From positions 1-50,601 of the forward strand of contig CAYLPI010000004.1 of NCBI GenBank assembly GCA_964385505.1: DNA of 50,601 nt, written 5' to 3'. The notes beneath the pieces are model-generated. The model made no database searches. It was not told where the DNA came from and saw nothing but the letters and a program-made list of their open reading frames with translations. Shown here in pieces: positions 47,313 through 50,601 of the stretch. Position 1 is the first letter of the stretch. Each line of letters opens with the position of its first letter. This DNA is from an uncultured Bordetella sp. Lineage in GTDB: Bacteria > Pseudomonadota > Gammaproteobacteria > Burkholderiales > SG8-39. Both the position numbers and the translations under genes were made by a program.

Positions 47313-48274
47313 GGTGCCTTCGCCGCGCCGGGACGTTTGCGCCAGAGCTTGTTGAACAGGCCGACAATGCCGTCGGGTGCGGCCACGACAAACACCACCA
47401 GCAGTACGCCCACCACCATGACGTTGAGTTCCGAGGTGATGGTGACGGTGACAATCTGCTGTACCGAACCAAGCAGGAATGCGCCGATGACCGGCCCTAT
47501 CCAGTGCGAGGTGCCGCCGATGATGGGCATTGCCAGCGCCGACACCGAATAATTGAGGTTGAAGGCCGAGGCTGGTTCGACAAAGCTCTGGTACATGGCG
47601 AGTGGTGCGCCTATCGCCCCCATCAGCGCGCCCGACACGGCGCAGGCGAGCAGCTTGAGTTTGAGCGTCGGCACGCCGGCGCACTCGGCGGCTTCTTCAT
47701 TGTCACGGATGGCGCGCAGGCCGCGCCCTATCCACGAGGTCTGGATATAGCGCGCCGTGGCCACGGCAATAATGGCCAGCAGGGCCGCCACGACAAATAT
47801 CATCTTGGTGTACGAGTCGAAGGGCTCCATCACCGGCGGGCGCAGGATTTGCACGCCGGTGGCGCCGCCGACAAAGCGCCAGTTGTTGATGACGGTCTCG
47901 AGGATGATGGCGACGGCGACGGTGGCAATGGAGAAAAAGATGCCGCGCAGGCGCAGCGTCAGCAGGCCGCAACTGACCCCCATCAGCGCGCCCACCCCCG
48001 CCGCCGCGATAATCTGCAGCGCCAGCGGCGCGTTCATGAACTTGATCAGCATGACGGCGATATAGGCGCCGACGCCGAAAAAGGCGCTGGTGCCGAAATT
48101 CACATAACCGGCATAGCCGCCGAGGATGTTCCAGGCGGTGGCGAGCACGACGAATTGCAGCACCACGTAGCCGGCGAAAAAAAAGTACTCGTTCTTGATA
48201 CTGAAGGCCGCGAACAGCGCGAGTCCCAGCGCCGCAGCGGCGCCGACCCAGAACATGCTTATGCGCTTGGTCAT
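47309..48274 (-). CDS. LivM-like ABC permease
   Basis: WNILGGYAGYVNFG, LRLRGIFF, GLRAIRDNEEAA. Confidence 0.92.
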   Translation of the reverse strand: MTKRISMFWVGAAAALGLALFAAFSIKNEYFFFAGYVVLQFVVLATAWNILGGYAGYVNFGTSAFFGVGAYIAVMLIKFMNAPLALQIIAAAGVGALMGVSCGLLTLRLRGIFFSIATVAVAIILETVINNWRFVGGATGVQILRPPVMEPFDSYTKMIFVVAALLAIIAVATARYIQTSWIGRGLRAIRDNEEAAECAGVPTLKLKLLACAVSGALMGAIGAPLAMYQSFVEPASAFNLNYSVSALAMPIIGGTSHWIGPVIGAFLLGSVQQIVTVTITSELNVMVVGVLLVVFVVAAPDGIVGLFNKLWRKRPGAAKAP

Positions 48275-48281
48275 CGCAGGC

Positions 48282-49154
48282 TCATCGTCCGAACAGTCCC
48301 TGCGGCCGCAGTCCCAACACGATGAGAAGCAGGCCGAAAGACACGGCCGGCGCCCACGAGGCGCCGAGCAGGGTCAGCACGATGGATTCGGACACGCCGA
48401 GGATGAGGCCGGCCACCAGCGTGCCGCTCATGCTGCCAAGGCCAGCGAGCACGACGACGCAGAAGGTGCGGCCGATATAGACGCGGCCCATGCCCGGTTC
48501 GACCGGCCCGATGATGATCAGCAGCGCGCCGGCCAGTGCCGCCACCGCAGTGGCGATACCGAAGGCCCATTGCTTGATGCGCACCGGGTTGGCGCCCATC
48601 AGCCGCAGCGCGGGCTCGTCCTGCGCCACCGCCTTGATGGCGCGGCCGGTGAAGGTCCTGGACAAATACAAAGTCAGCGATACGGTGAGTATCAGCGCCA
48701 TGCCAAAGGCAACGAGCATGCGTATCGGTATGCGCATTTCGCCAAGGGTCAGGCTCTTGCCGATGTAGCTCGCCTCGACCATGCGCTGATCGACGCCGAA
48801 ACCCAGGATCAGGCTGACTTCGACAATAAAAGCGACGCCGAAAAAAAACGCCAGACCGCGCACGCCGGCATCACCGCCGCGTTTCTCGAAGGTCTCGTAG
48901 TAAAAACGGTAAACGAGAACGCCGAACAGGAAGAACAGCGGCATCAGCGTGATGCCCGATACGATCGGGTCCATGCCGTAGGTGCCGAGCAGGTAGGTGC
49001 CGTAAGAGCCGAGCACGACAAAGGCCGGGTGGGCGATATGCGGTACATCAAGCAGGCCGAAGGAGACCGACAGACCGATGCTGACGGCGGCGTAGAAGCA
49101 GCCAAGCAGCAGGCCGAACACGATGGCGTCGAAAAGCAGGTCAAACGAGAACAA
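48282..49154 (-). CDS. LivH-like ABC permease
   Basis: GLSVSFG...AH, GRAIKAVAQD, VVVLAGLGS. Confidence 0.92.
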   Translation of the reverse strand: MFSFDLLFDAIVFGLLLGCFYAAVSIGLSVSFGLLDVPHIAHPAFVVLGSYGTYLLGTYGMDPIVSGITLMPLFFLFGVLVYRFYYETFEKRGGDAGVRGLAFFFGVAFIVEVSLILGFGVDQRMVEASYIGKSLTLGEMRIPIRMLVAFGMALILTVSLTLYLSRTFTGRAIKAVAQDEPALRLMGANPVRIKQWAFGIATAVAALAGALLIIIGPVEPGMGRVYIGRTFCVVVLAGLGSMSGTLVAGLILGVSESIVLTLLGASWAPAVSFGLLLIVLGLRPQGLFGR

Positions 49155-49253
49155 GCGTTCTCCTTTTACGACTAGGGGCGGTCAATGCAAGGATGGGCAA
49201 GACGGCGCGACCCGGCCGCGCCGTTTGCAATGCGAAAAAACCGGACTGTCCGC

Positions 49254-50480
49254 CTACTTCGACGAAAAAGGCGTCACCTCGCCGCTCTTGTACTGCGACG
49301 GATAGACGATGAACTGCTTGCCCGGCTGGCGGAACTGGTCGAGGTTCTTGTCAACAACGCCGCGGAACTGGATCATCGGCACCACCGGCTTGGCGCGCTC
49401 GCCGTCCGGGCCGAAGGCGATCGGTCCGACGATGGTCTTCATCTCGTTCTTGCGCAGGTACTCGGCGAGCTTTTTGTGGTCCAGGCTCTTGGTTGCGCCG
49501 ACCGCCTGCTCGAGCATCTGCCCGATGGCGTAGTTGAAGGGCGGCAGGTAAAAGCCGAGCGGATCAACCTTGGCGTCGCCGGCTTTCTTGGCGTAGCGGT
49601 CGAAGAAGTCCTTGATGCCGGGGAAGTCCATGCCGGGGGCGAAGCTGGTGTAATTGACGATGCCGTTCAGTTGCGAGCCGAGGGATTCCATGATCGGCGT
49701 GAACTGCAGGCCGACCATGCCGCCGCCAAATAGCTTGACCGAAGGACCGACGCCGACTTCGTTGACGGCGCGCACGATGGCGACCGAGTCGCCCGGATAG
49801 GACGCGACGAACACCATATCGGGTTTGGACGCACGGATCGCGCGCATCATGGCCGAGAAGTCAACCGTGGCCGGCGGGTAGTTTTGCTCGTACACGGTTT
49901 TGAGGCCGAGCTTTTTCGCCTGCTCCTTGGCACCGCCCACCAGGTTTTGTGCAAACTCCTGGTCTGCCGCGAGGAAGGCGACAGTCTTGCCGTTGAGACC
50001 CTTGCTCGCCAGGAAGAAGCCATCGAACCAGCTGCTGGCGTCGGCCCAGGGCGCGTTGTTGAACCACATGTCGTGCTTGACGGTGTGGTTAACCTGGAAG
50101 GAGAAGTTGCCCATCAGCAGCAGGCCGCGCTGCTTCACCAGCGGCATCAGCGGCGCCGTCGGTACCGTCCCGTAAGGCGCGATCAGCAAGTCAACCTTGT
50201 CGATGTCGAGCAGCTTGGTGTAAATGCCCGGGGTCAGCGCCGGATTGCCCTGGTCGTCGTAGGAGATCAGCTCAACCTTGCGGCCGAGCATGCCGCCCTT
50301 GGCGTTGACATCGTCGCGCCACATTTGCAGCGCCAGCAGCGCCGCCTTGCCGCCGCCACCGAGCGGGCCGGTCTGCGGCATGGAAAGACCAATCTTGATG
50401 GGTTGCTGCGCGAATACCGCCGCCGACGCGGCGAGCGCAATGGCTCCGAAAAGCCGTGCGAACAGCCTGGCAAATTTCAT
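49254..50480 (-). CDS. Liv-type ABC substrate-binding protein (aromatic/amino-acid class)
   Basis: Signal peptide, IKIGLSMPQTG, YDDQGNP, APYGT, TIVGPIAF. Confidence 0.92.
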   Translation of the reverse strand: MKFARLFARLFGAIALAASAAVFAQQPIKIGLSMPQTGPLGGGGKAALLALQMWRDDVNAKGGMLGRKVELISYDDQGNPALTPGIYTKLLDIDKVDLLIAPYGTVPTAPLMPLVKQRGLLLMGNFSFQVNHTVKHDMWFNNAPWADASSWFDGFFLASKGLNGKTVAFLAADQEFAQNLVGGAKEQAKKLGLKTVYEQNYPPATVDFSAMMRAIRASKPDMVFVASYPGDSVAIVRAVNEVGVGPSVKLFGGGMVGLQFTPIMESLGSQLNGIVNYTSFAPGMDFPGIKDFFDRYAKKAGDAKVDPLGFYLPPFNYAIGQMLEQAVGATKSLDHKKLAEYLRKNEMKTIVGPIAFGPDGERAKPVVPMIQFRGVVDKNLDQFRQPGKQFIVYPSQYKSGEVTPFSSK

Positions 50481-50566
50481 GTTTCCTCCTCAGGAACAGT
50501 AAATTCATTTGGCGCCTGCCTCTTCGGGCCGTGACGCAACCATGCTACACGGAAACGCCCGCCTGT

Positions 50567-50601
50567 GTCACTTGTCCAGGTCACTGGTCCAGGTCACTTG
50601 T
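50567..50601. repeat. 13-bp direct repeats upstream of the Liv-type operon (runs off the window)
   Basis: gtcacttgtccag gtcactggtccag gtcacttgt. Confidence 0.7.

Overview
GC-rich betaproteobacterial (Burkholderiales-like; five Bug/TctC receptors) chromosomal window with four main parts. (i) 0.5-16.6 kb: a heteroaromatic catabolic island with a xanthine-oxidase-family molybdoenzyme that has two large subunits for one FAD/2Fe-2S pair, a DHPON-hydrolase-like alpha/beta hydrolase, a cupin, an ALDH and a TetR regulator; three RutR-like operators (TTGACC-N4-GGTCAA) overlap its three predicted promoters. (ii) 16.6-26.9 kb: a selenoneine locus (senA, senB, PhnCDE-like putative selenate ABC transporter, yyaL). 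The expected selenophosphate synthetase (senC/selD) appears only as an unannotated 52-codon N-terminus/C-terminus fusion ORF, and a membrane TPR gene is coupled to senA. (iii) 27-38 kb: a second Mo-hydroxylase operon, then a segment with two decaying toxin-antitoxin pairs, a Rieske oxygenase, an SDR, an OsmC-like protein and a dense patch of nested structured repeats including a half attC site. (iv) 38-50.6 kb: hydrolases, rsuA, an operon with two flavin-dependent monooxygenases plus lactonase, VOC and cyclase genes, and a Liv-type ABC transporter. No rRNA, tRNA, CRISPR array or transposase was recognised. Family assignments come from motif recognition, not database searches.
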